This document shows positions 62,705 through 64,000 of a stretch of DNA of 64,000 nt, piece by piece. How positions within the stretch are numbered: the stretch's first letter is position 1; every line of letters begins with the position of its first letter. The translations under genes and the position numbers were made by a program. Location: assembly GCF_963676685.1 (NCBI RefSeq), contig NC_092347.1:80910001-80974000 (forward strand), written 5' to 3'. The DNA comes from Mytilus edulis. Lineage: Eukaryota. Under the pieces are notes generated by a model. It saw only the letters and a list, made by a program, of their open reading frames with translations, was not told where the DNA came from and made no database searches.

Positions 62705-63155
62705 GGTCCGAGACCACCATTGTCGTCCCTTGATTTTCGTTGTTCACAAATATAGTCCCTAGTGTTGACAGTGGGTTACTTGCCATTAATTTTTATACCC
62801 CTTCCAAATTTATTTCTCCATGTTCACTGCCTCAAATTGCAAGAAGGGGGTTGAAATTACACTGTAAAAAAATTTGGGTCCAGAATTTTAAAGGAAAGTA
62901 GTGATTTGGTCCAGCTGAAAAAGGTTGAAAATGAGCACTTCGGAAGCTGTCAAAAGATTTCAAGACGCCCTAAACATAAAATTGGCCATATTTTGAGTTA
63001 GAGGCGATGAAGTTTTCTATAAATTTGATATAATTTGTCCCAAAAGTAGTACAACACACTGTAAAAGTTTCTTTGAGAAAGCGCAGGTGGGATTTTTTTT
63101 ATTTTCATTTATGTTCTAAAAGAAATGCACTACGAATTAATTGTGTTCTCGGACC
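62705..63155. mobile_element. Non-autonomous TIR element with 4-bp TSD (Sola-like)
   Basis: AGAT|GGTCCGAGACCAC ... GTGTTCTCGGACC|AGAT. Confidence 0.72.
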
Positions 63156-63859
63156 AGATAATGCGTTACTTGGCAACATTCAGTAAATGGTATGATCAAG
63201 ACAAATTTTGCAATATTGACATTTTATTGTACCTGGGTATACATATCTTTTTGCAGTAAATAATGCAATTATCATAGTAATAATTTGTTGATGCCAGTTC
63301 TTTGATATTACAGAATTCATTTACATTTTTTTTTTATTTGGAAACTTTTTTAAAGCATCACCATGCAGAATTGTACCCAATGTCTTATAGTATATTGTTT
63401 CGGAGTTTAATATGACGTCCATTTCCACTGAACTAGTACACTTTTGTGTTTAAGTGTCCAGCTGATGCCCGATTCCAGGTGCGGGATAGTTCTAGCTGTT
63501 TTGAAGACCCATTGGTGTCCTTGGGGTGTTGTGTGCTCTTTCGTCGGGTTGTTGTCTCTTTGACACATTCTCATTACTTTCCAACATGAAGGACCCTTTA
63601 ATCCTCGGGTTGTTATTTGTTATCGTTTGCCATAACACTTTTTCATAACATAAATCAGGCCATTTTTTTATTATTGAATTGTGCCCCGTTCGCTATTTTA
63701 TCTTGGGGCCTTTTACAGCTTACACTATGGAAGTCGTTTATATGTTTTTTTAAAGGTAACCTATAATAGTTTACATTTTTGTCGTTTGTTCTCCATGGAA
63801 AGTTCTCATTTAAGTCATTCCATATTTTCTCATTCTTTCAATACAATTCTTTTCAAATT

Positions 63860-64000
63860 TAGCCTAACAATGTTAGATCGGCAAATCTGCGTTAGCAAAT
63901 TATTGGTCTTCCCTCAGCGGGATTCGAACCATTGCTTCTGGGACATCGTGACAACACCGCCTGTACTGTGTCGAGCACCCTAGACCACTCTATCACCTAG
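63860..64000 (-). mobile_element. tRNA-derived SINE (head reaches the window edge)
   Basis: Minus strand: A-box-like TGATAGAGTGGTCTA and B box GGTTCGAATCCCG. No proper cloverleaf; followed by a non-tRNA body. Confidence 0.65.

Noticed and set aside
63895-64000. tRNA gene
   Set aside because: A and B boxes are present, but there is no acceptor stem or anticodon arm; SINE head.

Overview
AT-rich, intron-containing animal genomic DNA. Gene content (secreted coiled-coil C1q protein, Mab21/cGAS-like receptor with TPR tail) and repeat style suggest a bivalve mollusc, probably Mytilus-like (inference). Five host genes were reconstructed by hand from splice sites. NAGK (minus strand, 8 exons visible, runs off the left edge) is head-to-head with NOA1 (plus strand, 8 exons, 676 aa). 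A two-exon C1q-domain gene is nested on the SAME strand inside NOA1 intron 6. A single-coding-exon cGLR-TPR gene and an intronless DEGS-type sphingolipid desaturase lie on the minus strand. An 8.7-kb Ty3/Gypsy element has near-identical LTRs but no gag, TA..TA-like termini, no target-site duplication (TSD) and two chromodomain-like modules after integrase. The rest is dense with MITEs, Helentron/HINE-like elements, LINE and Penelope fragments, a tRNA-derived SINE and a modular satellite. Best leads: the gag-less, apparently integrase-independent Gypsy insertion; the same-strand nested C1q gene; a LINE insertion whose TSD duplicates a splice donor; and palindromic elements with arm-to-arm co-variation. 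All homology calls come from motif recognition, not database searches.
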